Positions 1 through 12,913 of a stretch of DNA of 64,000 nucleotides are shown here, one piece after another; position 1 is the first letter of the stretch; every line of letters begins with the position of its first letter. The notes beneath the pieces were generated by a model. That model was not told the DNA's origin. It worked only from the letters and a program-made list of their open reading frames with translations, and did no database searches. Position numbers and translations under genes: made by a program. This DNA comes from Trichosphaerium sp. ATCC 40318 (lineage: Eukaryota; Protista; Tubulinea), in NCBI GenBank assembly GCA_038496445.1, contig JALMLS010000035.1, forward strand, positions 46,897-110,896, in the 5' to 3' direction.

Positions 1-1410
1 CACAAAAAGTCGTATACTGGTAGAAGAAGAGCACCAAATGGATTAGCGCCTATTTAAACATTTGTATTGAATAGAAAAGATGTACTAACCTTCATCTTCA
101 TCAGTAGTCACAGCACCCTTAATGCAAATGAGTTATTGTTGTAAACAGTAAACAAAATAAAAGTTTATACCTTAAGATCACTTGCTGATAGATTACCAAC
201 TAGTTTACCCTCATCGTCAACAACTATGTTTAAAATTAGAATTCACCTAATAGCGTATATTACAAACCTGCGAATGCGGATCTCTTCTGCTCATACAATT
301 TCTTGAAAGCGTGAATAGCCTAGCAAAAAGTTTTAGCATTTTCTGGTACATTCCATCATTGTAGCGCACTTGTTCGTCCTTGTGCACTGTCTGAGGTTTT
401 ATTGTACCAATTACTAGCTCTCTTGCAGTCTTTGTAAAGATGTCTGAGAACTGGCCAACCTTTGTAACAAGGAATCGAATTATATCTGTCTGCGAAACTA
501 TATTAATGATACCACCTTTTTCATCTATAACAGCGACCCTTCCAACGCCAGTTAGCTAGAAATTACGTACAACACCATCTCAAAGGTTTGTAAAAATGGT
601 TTTCGCATGATATCTTAGAAAAACACGTGTACGTACCTGTGAATACCTCTTTGAAAGATACTAATTGTTTCAAAAATAGGCGATGATTTTCTAACCTCAC
701 AAACAGGATTTTTATGAGATGCGTCTATAAAAGCGAACAAGTGAGCGCTCATGAAAGAAGACACGGAGATCAAAAAACAATTTGGTACCTATCAAGCATT
801 TTATAGATTCGTCTCCAAACTTTCTGCGTGTGAGTTAGTTACAAGCACGTGTACACTCGATCAGGTGTTTGTTAAACACAATAAAACACAATTTGTACCT
901 GTAAAGTGCGTAAAGCGTGTCATTTGATATCTCTGCCGCATTGTCTCCTTTAAAGTACATGTCTACAACAAAGTATACGATGTCAAGCATGTCAACAAAC
1001 CCAAGAAACTTGTGTGACTACAAAAATACAACTTGTAAGTTCAGCGGTTGACATGTGTTGTTCGCGAATAATGCGTACGGAAACGTCAACTACTGGGATA
1101 GAGAGTATTTTAAAGCTGCTGAGAGCTTTTAGCGCATCAAGTACTGAGGCTGTATCTACCAGTACGTTGACTTTGCGTTTAGGTAGTACGTGCTCAAGCT
1201 TAGTGTCTTGTAGAAACTTTACAAACGGATTTTCCTAAAAGCGGTTAATTCCAGCTTGTGTTAGCGAAATTAAACGCCCACCTGTGGTACACCACCTTTG
1301 CCAGCCCTAATTATGTATTAATTACATAACATAAGTTTAACGGCGTATCCGCACCTCGAATACCCTGGTGCTCCGCCTCTACGTCTTTTTCTAGGAGGCT
1401 CTTGTGTCAT
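1..1410 (-). CDS. CBS-domain protein (SNF4/AMPK-gamma/Sds23-like), multi-exon, 3' end outside window
   Basis: ATG at 1410. Spliced exons give CBS-type segments: ILSIPVVD, FLGFVDMLDIVYF, RVAVIDEKGGIINIVSQTDIIRFL, VVDDEGKLVGNLSASDLK. Confidence 0.8.
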
Positions 1411-1533
1411 TGCGCCGTTTGGTAAGTTTAGATGCTAAAAAAACAACAAAACCGGTCAAAGTTGGTTCGGGTGCTACTGCCAACCAAATTCTACTGATAG
1501 GAGCATGGTATAGGCTGCAGTATATAATTTGCA

Positions 1534-4500
1534 ATGGGAAACAAGGCTACTAGTATAGATGGTGGTGGTACAACACTACTTCAAGATATTAACGGCGTGC
1601 AGCATTTGAGTACGTTGTGCTTGCATGTCTGTTCAAAATGAAAAAAACCGACTTACAAATGTAGTAATTCCATGGAAAGAGTTAAAACTATCAAGTACGA
1701 GCAACGTAGACGCAAAAACAGCGTATTAAATATGTTTAGGTTACGTACTCGGGCGTGGCAAATATTGCAAGGCTGAGAAGGTTACCTGCCACCGTACTAA
1801 GAAGGCATGATGACTTCTTTATTGTTTTATTGGACCTTGAAATTGTTAATCTCAAATTAGGAACCGGTAGCGTTGAAGTTATGGAAAGAGCCTGTAGACG
1901 CCAAGAGATTTTGGAATGAAGTGCTTGTGACGAGGTACTCTATTTCTTTTTACGTAATCGAAAAAACGTACCTACCGGATTCAATCGACTAATTTTTGCT
2001 TACCAAGGCGCTTATGTCATCCTAATATAGCAATGTTCAAAGGCTACGTATACGATGAGAAGCATTGTGGGTTACTTGTAGAATACACGGACCTTGGTAA
2101 CTTTTTCAAAAAAACAGAAAATTGATCGCTACAACTCCTTGTTATTTATCTGGTCTTACTTACTACAAGGTCTTCTATCTGATGTGTTACATAAGAGTTC
2201 GTCAGCACTTCATAATATCAAAGACACGCTTATTGTCAAGTTTGGAAAGGTAAAAAAAGAACCATCGAAAGTTTCGATTACAATTGAATTTCTTTCGCTT
2301 ATTTATTACCTCAGGATATTGCACATGGTCTAGAGTACCTACATACTGAATTACACCTCATTCACCGTGATTTACGACCTCATAATATTGTGGTATGATT
2401 ATTAACATTTTCAACGAATGTTTTGTTGTGTAGTTGTAGAATTTAATTATTGCAACATAGGTCAAGTCTATAAATCCAAATGATGAAATACACCTGATGC
2501 TTACGGACCTTGGAACAGCTAGAAACTATAAACATGTTGAAAACAAAGGTAATGACATCATTGTAGTATTGTAAATAATCTTTTAATGTAGCAAACCTTG
2601 TTACACGTATTGATACCAGTGAATGGTTGGACGGGCATCTTAAAACAGGTAATAATTTTCCCTGTCAAAGTCAAAAAGAAGCTAAAAAAAATTGTCTTCT
2701 TTTTTAGGCGATTATGCAATGTACACAAACACAATAGATATTTATTCGTTTGGTATTGTGATGTGTGAGATTATTTCAAACGAAATCCCAGAACATGGAT
2801 ACCTTCCTCCAGAATTATTACTTTCTATTGGAGCCAAGTTGGTGCGTTACACATTGTTTTCAAGACTGTTTTTTTAAGAGCTTATACAAAAAAAGGCCGA
2901 TATGAAAATGAAGACACATGATGCTGTTGGTAGTGTTCAATCTCTTATGGAATCACACTCTAAGAAATCAAATCATCCTGTTACATTCCCTTTACCTTCC
3001 AATTGCCCTCCAGGCCTTGGTACTATCATACAAAAAGTACTTTGATGTCACTCGAAGAAGCCCAACCTAACCTTCTATAGTGTTGTAACATGTCACCTAT
3101 GGAGCGACCAAATCCGAAAGAACTCCTCAATTTATTACTGGTACGATTGAATTGTTTTCGGTCAGGCCTGTTAACCTTTGTATAAAGAGATTTGAACATT
3201 CTGAATCAATTGATCGTGCAAATGATGTTACAAGACGAGTTGTTACAGAGAGATTGTCAAGGTATCAACAAGGAAAACGTGATGTATGTTTAAGCATTTT
3301 ATAGGAGGAAAATTGCTTTGATAAAACAACTAGCTCACTTGTTGAGTTATTTGACGACTCTGGAGGCTGATACAAAAGTATTTGATAAATGCTCGTTATT
3401 ATTTTATTTTTGCTAAGTTTTTGCATAGATTGATGTACAAGACTTGTTAATTGTATTAAGACAATCTATTGTTGCTTTAAAAAATAGTGACATGCCAATG
3501 GGAGGCCATTTGAGTAAGTGTCACGAACAAAGAATAACTAGATTGAAAATTGGTTACTTATTTTTTTGTTTTTTAGCTCAACTGGAAAACATTGTGAGGG
3601 AGTATGATGCGTTGATTCCAAAAGAAGTTGGTCCTGAAGGTAGAATTATAAAGAAATCAAAGTGGTTTTGGACGCGGTGGACAAGAAAAAAGAGGTCAAG
3701 GGCAAACTTGGAACGTATAAATGGTTTACTTCAACATAAAATCCAAGAATTCACTGATCTGTACCCTTCTGCTCCTCAAAAACGAGCTACTTCGTCTATG
3801 AGCACACCTTCAGATTTGGATTCACCAAATAGGCTAACAGCAGACTCATCTGGATCTCCATTGAGTCCACGTGTTAACCCATACTTGACAAATTCAGGAC
3901 TTGTCCCAGTACGGCCTAATGTGTACGGCTATTGCGTTTTCTCTTTGTCTAACATGTTTTTAAAAGAACTACTGGAAGGCCTCTAGCGAATAGCATTAGT
4001 GTACCTAACACTGCAAGGCGCCCTCGTAAGTGGTTAATTTGAATATAGAGAATGTTAACCCCTTTAAAATAGCGCCTGCTATTTCTACTCCAAACAAACG
4101 TACTCAATCAATTATTCCTGAAGCGCTTGGTCAAGGATCTACATTTTTCTTAAGGCGAGTTACATCACCTGCAGGAGAACTACCAGCAATGGAAGGCGGT
4201 CGCCCTTGTACGTACTTTACACCAAAGCTAGTTTTTTTATAGTTTCTTCAACACCCTTTATTGTACTTACATTAATATTTAAGCTGGTGGCCCTCGTGTC
4301 CTTGCCAAGGGAATGGGCGTAGGTGCTAGTTTTGGTAGTACGTTTATCTATCTATCTATGTTCAAGTATTTCGTATTGATGTTGATCTCTGCTAACAAGT
4401 CGCTTCAGTGAACGTTGGTATGGGAGATGTACCTAATGTACCAACAAAAACAACAATAGATCCTTCTCGTACTATTAGTATGCCTCCGAAACTAGAAATG

Positions 4501-6705
4501 CGTGTTCAGAGTAAACAGAAGAAAGACAAAAAAACCATAAAACTTGGTAGTCTTATTCCTCTCAACCTCAGTCGTGGAAAGAAAACAGGAGCTGATAGTG
4601 AACCAATTAATCAGCCTTCTATAGAAGAAGCTGGTGGAGACAATGTAGGATTTAATGTGAGACCCAGAGTGGAGTCTGTTGCCGCACACGTACACAACAG
4701 CCCACTTCAGGATGCACCACAAGTACCTAGTAAACAATTCGTACGATGATAATATTGGATGTTTGTCTTTCTAACCGTAGATGAAGGTATATGATGACAC
4801 TGGGAGTGATGGAACTGATGCTACTTTACAAGACACAGATTCTTATAGTGATAACTATTCTGATTCTGAGGTACCCTCTTAGAGCTTTTTGTGTACTATT
4901 CATGTTGTTTATTCTTTTTTTAGGCCGAGGAGAATACTTTCGGTGTTGATACTCTTTCGTTCCCTGTTGAGGAGTTGGAAAAGATGCGACAGTTCAATAC
5001 AGAGCAGTCTCGTTTAGAACAAGTCCATGAGAGCGAATTAGCAGCTTTACGAGCTGATCTATCTACTCAAACACCTGATGCAGCCAGAGCTGAAGCTCAT
5101 ATGCTTCAACAAGAGGAGCAAAGGAGTTTGATGTTAAAACAAAATGCTAAAGAAGAAAAACTCTTCAGAGAGCTAGTCATAGCAGAGGAGCAAGCAAGTG
5201 CCAAGCATACATGGCAAAACGGTAAAAAAGATATCATAGAAGGAGATGAATACGTTGATTTACATACTGGAGCACTGGAAGAGTCATCTACACAGTATAC
5301 AGAGATTCCGCGTGTAGTAGAGGAGAAATCTGAGGCTGTACGTCTTATTTATCTACTCTTAGTTTTGTTTTCATGCTTATGGTTCTTTTAAAGCAACAAC
5401 GTGAAGAACACGAGTTATTTGCTGTTATAAATTCTATTGCTGAGCAGAGCGTTGACTATCTAAAGATGTTATGGGACGTAGATGCTAAGAAGTTTTGGAA
5501 AAAGAACTTTGGCAATGTACGTTACTTTAGTAGTAATACCTTGATGTTACGTCTCGTGGGCGGCTTGGTTTGCCTTTTCCTTAACTTTTTTGTTTTTTGT
5601 AGACTGGCTGTATTGCATGGGATGAGTTCATTGGTCCTATGACAAATCATTTTAACCTACAACCAGAGGATATTAATAACTTACAGAAGCTGCTAGGTAC
5701 TTTTTTTTCTTTGTAAAACCAAACACGTTGAAACAATGAGACGCTTCCAAAGCTCAACTGCTTTGCAACTTGAACCCGGCAAAGATAGTGTTTTTATTGT
5801 TTATATTTTTTTGTAGATTACAACAAAGCTGGTTATGTTACCATGTACTCTTTTGCTTCTTATCTAGAAGGAAATGGACCATTCTCGGAGTGTATCGAGA
5901 AAATGAACAGTTATTGTACAATGCCTTGGTTTCATTGGTTCGTTACACACGATGAGTGTGCTTTCTTCCTACAGCCCTTCCCTGTTGGTATGTTGTTATA
6001 CAAAGCTATTTACATTACGTAACATCGATTATAACGTCGTTTAGGTGGGTTTGCTGTACGATTTAGTAAATCGAATCCAGGACATTTCGCCTTGTCCGTA
6101 AGGACACCAACAGGAGTAGAACGTTGGCTTGTTGTTTCTAGCAGAGGTACAGCTATTTTTTTTTTGTGAAAAATACTTGGTTTTACTAAAGAACTTAAAG
6201 GTACTGTTCGTGGCCGCTTCCAAGATGCCAACACGCCTACATTTAGTAATGTTGGTGCTTTTATTGATTTCTATATCAACGAAAAGCATTATCTATCACG
6301 TCCATTTGTGGAACCTGCTATACAAGAAAGGTACAAACCAAGAATCTGTTTGGACACGTGTTTCGTGTTTTTTTTTCTGGTTTTTTTCTGCTTTTCCCTT
6401 GTTCGAAAGAATGGTTGGTTGATTATTTCTTTAGTTACTTCCGTGGGTTCCTATCTTCACAAGAGACTATTGATCTCATTAAGGATGAAACTTATGGTAC
6501 TTTTATTGTACGTTTATCTACTAGAGGAACGTACTATGTTATTGCATACAGTGATGCCAATGGTGTCATACAAGAGAAGATTCATGTTAAAGAAACAAAC
6601 AGATATGTCTTAGAGAACCCTAAAGGGTTAAGGACTTTCTATGTTTCTTCTCTTGCTGAACTTATTGCAAATCGTACTCAAAGATATCAAATACCTTTCC
6701 AATAA
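1534..6705 (+). CDS. TKL-type protein kinase with C-terminal EF-hand-like region and two SH2 domains (SHK-like), multi-exon
   Basis: MGNKATS start (myristoylation-like). Kinase motifs GRGKYC, VALK, HRDLRPHN, DLG, DIYSFGIVMCE. SH2 motifs WFHWF..GGFAVRFSKSNPGHFALSV and YFRGFLS..GTFIVRLS. Stop TAA at 6703-6705. Single-gene continuity across the low-complexity middle is inferred. Confidence 0.8.
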
Positions 6706-6964
6706 ATAAATGTATAACCCTTTGTAAAACAAAAACAATTGCATTCAATGACAATGAAATAGATAAACTCTGTAGTGCTGGTTTTCTTGGCAGAATAGAG
6801 TCCTGGTTTATGTTAATCCAGTTTTCAGCTTTCCAGAAAATAATCAGAACGGTTGCCGTTTCCACGTGAGAAAATAATTCTTTCGCAATCTGAGCATTAG
6901 CAACGCTGAAGATTATACAGTAGCCTGAGCGAGCCATGCTCGCAGTAGTTTCCTTATTTAAATC

Positions 6965-7120
6965 AACGTGATGTATCAGTCAATTGGTAGAGCATTAGAC
7001 ACAAGATCTAACGGTCACGTACTCAATCCACAATTACGTTACAAGTCACCGTGATGAATCAGTTGGTAGAGTGTTACAATAAAGATCTAACGGTCATGTG
7101 ATCAAACTGTCTTCACGGTC
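6965..7120 (+). pseudogene. Tandem pair of degenerate tRNA-like sequences (tRNA-Phe-like): 6965-7041 and 7048-7120
   Basis: 7-bp acceptor stems (AACGTGA/TTACGTT; ACCGTGA/TCACGGT), TTGGTAGAG D-loop, TTAGA..TCTAA-type anticodon stem and CGGTC variable loop. T-arms are broken. Copy 2 is exactly 73 nt. Confidence 0.7.
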
Positions 7121-7515
7121 TATACAAGTTATAATCTTGTTTATTTACAATAAGCACATGATAATAAATAAACAATATTTGTAGTAAGCAAGGTAAGAAC
7201 AATTAGTGTTCTTGTATTAGTATTGGATTGTTTGGATTGTTTGTAAGTCAAACGTCTTTGGAAGGATTTCAGTCCTATTGTGAGTCAAAACACTCAACAA
7301 TGGCGCTCACAGTTGTCTCGTGACCATTTTGAGTATCACAAAAGTCTTGTTAAGTACTCCTCAAATGATGTGATGGTGATGATCCATCAATGGGTGATGC
7401 TGTATGCCGATCTTGTGGTTGTGAATGAAAAATTTGCTATGGTAAATAGTGAGCTTGGTTGAAAAACCCTTGTTTATGTTGTGCACCTTTCTCTTTTTTT
7501 TTTTTCACTGGCTAT

Positions 7516-9840
7516 CTATTTTTTGAGCATCTCTGCAATCTCTAGTACAGTGATACGTTTCTTAGGGTCAGGATTTCGACACTGCTCCATGAGATACTAC
7601 AGAAAGTAAGTCATGGTAAAACGCAGACAGAAATTAGTGGTTCACTTAAAAAAAATGAAGCACACGATAGGATTTTGTTAAAAAGGAGCAAAATTTGGTG
7701 TTTTTTCAATACAACAGTTGGGCTTGCAAGAAGAATAAATATGAAATCGGAAAGACTTTAGATCATGTATCTAAGTAAGTGAACGTGACAGCTCAACCAG
7801 TTGAGCTTTAGAATGAAGATCTAACGGACACGTGATCAACTCAGCCGCACTGCATTATAATAACGTGATAACTCAATCGTGTGAGTGTTAGAATAAGGCT
7901 CTAACGCTCACATGACCAAGTCGGCCACAACTGTTTAAACAGTCCAAGAAAGACTAATATTCAAAAAAACATTTGCGTTAACAAACCTTTAGTATCACAG
8001 GTGAATCATCCGGCATCTCTAATGTTGGTAAAGTACCAACTTTTGTAGCCATAGCTACATCTATATTATCCATTCTGGATAAGGTTCATGTAACGTAACC
8101 TAAAAGAACAACAATTAAAAACTCATAAGCCTTGGTGCTAGTAAAAAAAAATTACGTACAACTTCGTAAAGCATTGTACCGAACATATACACATCACTAG
8201 CTTCAGAATATTTCTTTTCTAGTATTGATTCAGGCGCCATGTACTTAAATAAGTGTTAGCGCCGTATGAAAAGGTGAACAAACACATGAGTTGATGTAAG
8301 ATTTAGGCGCTGTAACAACGAGAGTTGTAGTGAAGCACTACCCTACTAATTGTGGAAGAGTGATTATATTATATCAGGATTACGTGTCTATTTCGTACCA
8401 TTGCCATATATCTGTTTCATTTAGAGTACCCCAGTAATTGTAAGGCATAGGTGCTTTCATGGATCCATTTGTTGATACCAAAGGAAAAGAACAATTTGTA
8501 AGTGAGTTATTTGCAAACCTAGCATAACTATAATCGATCCTGTCCAACCCTTGGGCATTATAATGTATTTTATTATAGCTTATAGTTGTCTTCGAAGAAT
8601 ACGAGCTATCTTTAAATGCCTGTTGAATTTAAATGAGAGATATATGTATAAATATTATTGTGGATGTTATTCATTTCCACTTGTTTTTTAATGCATTGTC
8701 ATACTCTATCCACTGAAAACAGAGTCTCGAAAATGAAGAAGACTTTGTGTCAAATGGTAGAGAGTTACGTAGAACATAGAATGAGGAAAAAAACTGTAAA
8801 GAGAATTTCAATAATTCAAAAAAAATACAAAATGACGTCAATGACTTTTTAACCAATGTGCGCGAAATACTCGCTTTTTATCGTGTCTGTTATTTTTCAG
8901 GAACACAGTGTTGTGTTGCAAAAACAATAAAGTGAAAATAAAGGAATTAGAATGGTAGTACGTACTGCAAAATTCCATATAATCAGATTTTCTGTAACAT
9001 GAACATCATACGTGCCACAGGAAATACCAACAGCATTGTGACTCAAGTAGTTACCAACTGTATTTACTGCGCCTCCAAGAATAGCATAATCATTATTAAA
9101 GAATGCATTATTAGTGACATTGATGATAATACCGTCACTTATAATACCGGAATGAGAGTTAAAAAAAATATTATTTTTAAATGAAGTGCTCCGATATTTG
9201 AATCTAAAGGCTTCCTGCGTATTTTAATATCGAATTAATCACTTGATAAGGGCAACCACCAATAGACTCTGACTTGTCGATACTGATAAACAAAGAAATA
9301 CGTAAGTGAGACATAGTTTTTTGGGAAGAAAGGAAAGAAGAAAACAAAAACGCCTATTTCTGATCACAACCTGGACTTTGACGTACATTGATACGCCATC
9401 AAATCGCATACGTTATAGATACGTCACCGTACATATCTAGCGGTTTACAATTAGGAACTCCTAAAAAGGTGCGTTAGGATGAAAAAGATACAGAAAAAGC
9501 CAGTACTACGCACTAATAGTTTAACTGGCTTCTGTTTGGTGCCGCGTATTTCGAGGTCCTTTGTGACGAGATGATGACATTCTAACGATAGTTCCAGCTT
9601 CAATGAGATGAGCTTGTCGTAGATCATGTCGGTTGTAATAACAGTAATTGGGCTATCAGCTGCTGTCCACTATTATACGCTATCAGCAATTGTAATAGGT
9701 GAAATAAGCTATTGTAGGCGCAAGTAAAAGAGTTCAGGAAGTTGATGCATTGAAAAAGCGGCTATTTACGCCTGTAACCGTTCCTAGTATGACGTACTGT
9801 AGTTTTAACATTCCTTGCTGCTACCCAACTACATGTTGCT
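7516..9840 (-). pseudogene. Fragmentary receptor-kinase-like gene: kinase C-lobe exons plus a beta-helix-like ectodomain fragment
   Basis: Exons YMAPESILEKKYSEASDVYMFGTMLYEV, LPTLEMPDDSP and LMEQCRNPDPKKRIT..* (7516-8243). Asn-rich parallel-beta-helix-like segment FKNNIFFNSHSGI..VTNNAFFNNDYAI..GNYLSHNAVGI at about 8970-9200. No kinase N-lobe found, and all frames stop near 9400. Confidence 0.55.
7782..7934 (+). pseudogene. Second tandem pair of degenerate tRNA-like sequences: 7782-7854 (GAA anticodon) and 7862-7934
   Basis: 73-nt tRNA spacing, D-stems GCTC/GAGC and ACTC/GAGT, anticodon stems TTAGA/TCTAA. Acceptor and T stems are decayed. Confidence 0.7.
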
Positions 9841-9972
9841 ACAAAAATTATAACAACATACAGAGGTGTCATAGATGCACTTGAGTCAACGCCTTGATGT
9901 AAAGGCTGAAGAATACTGATTGTACCAACTTAACTTCAAGCCACTTGAACGACATCGCACGTTATTAATACA

Positions 9973-12399
9973 ATGCGCTACGCTGGTGGGTGTGCTATTA
10001 TTTTGCTATTATCATGCATAGCTCTTGCCCAAGGAGGTGTAATAAAGTATAAACACAAAAACGCACGCTATCTTACTCTCATAACCTGTGGTAACATAAA
10101 TATAGATGCCGTTAAATTTTGAAACGCTGTATCAAACTGTGAGCATGTGGAGCCTGGAAGATTCTCCGTCTGGACACGAGGAACCTTATATACACCTCTC
10201 GTGTGCGTGTAAAAGAAAAAAAATCCCTTGAACTGAACAATATAACAAGACACGATCAACAAGCGTCCAATGACGCGTGGTGAGGGCTTAGTTCAATTTT
10301 GGCTGTTTACAGAGCAAAACCACATGGACTTTACTGTACGGCAACTACAAATACTCTAGGCACCTAGAAGGCACTTTTTAACACAAAATAGCTTGAATGG
10401 ATGTTCAACAGAAAGGAATGCCCACCAAACTCAATGGCTTTGTTTCCAGAGACAGGAAGGATAAACGAGAATACATTATTTTCATGGTTTTACAATTACA
10501 CCGATGATTCTGCTGCGGCCATAGCAACTGTAGAAGAGGTACGATATACAGTTTCTACGCACGCTGTTTGCGCCCAGACCACTAAAACGTGGTTTGAAGT
10601 AATAAATTATTAATTCGTTTCTGTTTCAGCGTATTTTGGTAACAGAGTCGTCTCCTTGGAACCTTGTTATCATTCATTGTGGTCATGATGAAGAAACTGA
10701 AGGAGTAGTGTTAGATGGGTACTCTGAATGGAAGAATCCTTATGGTTATGTTGAAGCAGACTCATACCCGCTGTTGATTGTACTACCATCTTTTTTTTTC
10801 TTCTCAAAACAATCAAACCGAACACTTTTCTTTGTTTACCATCGATGCCAAATATCTTGCTCTCTTTTACTAGTTTTTTATTTCTTTCATTAAAATTGAG
10901 AGCCCTGGGATGTGCTTAGTGTAATTAATGGTATGATTTAGGCTTGGCCGATTCTTGCTGTTAGTTATTTAGTAATGCTTGTATTTTTGTTATATTGGCT
11001 TTGCATGAGAAGACATAACTACTATTCGGTGACAAGAGAAGTTCGCTTGTATATATTTACTACTGTTATAATTGGTGTTGTATGTCTTTTGTTACTCAGT
11101 ATTAACATACACATGTACAACAGAAGTGGAGAAAACAGTACGTTGTTGATTTTCGCTCAAAACGAAATTACCTTCAGATGATTTTTTTCTTTCTTCTTAT
11201 GTTCTTACTATTTAGTGTCTATCCTTTTGGTCATATCTGGTATTTGTTTTGGTATACAGAGGACAATTTTCCGTTTATTTACGATGATCTTTGCCACTGG
11301 CTATCCACACCTAAGGTAACGTACTCTTGAATAAACAAAATCTTTATAGCTTTTTGATATCTGACTTACCCTTATTAGCTCTCGGCTATCTACGAAGTTT
11401 AAGTTCTTTGTAACTGTATTATTGACCCTGTATTTTGGTGGAAGTACCGCTATGGATTTGATGGATACTATATTGAAGCAACAGATGCCAAGTGTTACAG
11501 AAATTACATTACCATTCTTGCTTACAGCAATTGATATTATCATTGGCGTTTGGGTACGCACAACTTGACTATTGTCTGGATTTTTCCTTTGTTGGTTTTA
11601 GTAGTTCCTAGCTACTCAACTTACATCTTATAACGCTATTTATAATGGTGTTATGGTTGATGTGTTGATAGATGTAGTTATTTGACAAAACCACGTGTTT
11701 TTTTTCTCACTTACTTAGGTATATTTTGGCCTCTACCGAGGTTATGGAGTTTTGAAGAGATTAGGAAATGATAAGTGGGTAGATTTTTATAAACACTTTT
11801 CTGTATTATTTGCTGTTATCATCACACTTGGCCTTCTAGCAACATATGGTCACGCGTAAGTTGACACTTCACAACACGTGTTTACTGACAGCTTTCTCAT
11901 TTTTTTATCATTTTTTCCGTTTGCAGTCAATTGTTATTTTAACTGTGACCATAGTATATGGACTGTATTAGATACAGGAACATTATATTGGCAAATGTGG
12001 TGGGTTGTTGATGCATATTGGCATCTACACTACCTGTTTATTGCAATCAGTTTGTACTATTTGTTTCACCCAACACATCCAAAATACTGGCTAGCTCAGC
12101 CAATACAACTTGATAGTACGTTTTTAGCCTCTCTATTACCCTTCTCTATCATTTCTTCGTTTACTTATTTCTTTCAGTTCTAGATGATGAAGTACGTGAG
12201 TCTCCTTTAATAGATGAATCTCAGAAGGTCATTGAAGTGCGTTAAAGTTTTCTTAACTAAACTGAACCAACAACTATTGACTGTTTACAAATTTCCTTTG
12301 TTTTGTTTTACTGCTGTACTGTTATTAAACTTTTTTATTTAGGCTGTAATAAGTAGTGATGAGCTTGATGATATGGAAGATTTCGATATTAGGTCATAA
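9973..12399 (+). CDS. LUSTR/GOST family 7TM protein (GPR107/108-TMEM87-like), multi-exon
   Basis: Signal peptide MRYAGGCAIILLLSCIALAQG, family motif WKNPYGYVEADSYPLL, multiple TM helices, WQMWWVVDAYWHL and an acidic tail. Confidence 0.8.
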
Positions 12400-12913
12400 A
12401 TGGATTTCGGGTTTTCTAGAAAACCAAGTAGTGTAACATACATAGTAAACGTTGTTTCTTTTGAGAGTGCTTAGAGAATAATAGTGGTTTACGTAATGTT
12501 AAGCAATGGATCACAAAGTTTATCAAAAAAAGTGCTAGTTTACGCTGATCACGTGTTAGGTGCGTTTTCCTGTTTTCTGCGTTTAAGACTTCTGCGAGGT
12601 CTTATACCTACCAATGGACATATAAAGGTGGGTAAGGATGTTTTTAGAATAGTTTAAGCGCCTAGTGTGAGCTGTGTGAAAGTAAAAAACCGTAGGACGG
12701 AAGTTGACTTCGCCAGTGATGGCATCAAACAATCATATTTTAATTTACGCGGCACACTGCCTCGCTGGAATACATCCCGTTTTTTGGTACATTAGGTATG
12801 GTTTTTATTTTCTAAAGTTGTAGCTAACGAAAGCCAGCAGACCTTCAAATATAATGTACTCACGTGCTACCACACCATACAACTCTCCACGGGCGCGCTT
12901 GCCTTATTTTGTA

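Noticed and set aside
6965-7934. Functional tRNA genes
   Set aside because: All four lack a paired T-stem and TTC loop, and two lack an acceptor stem.
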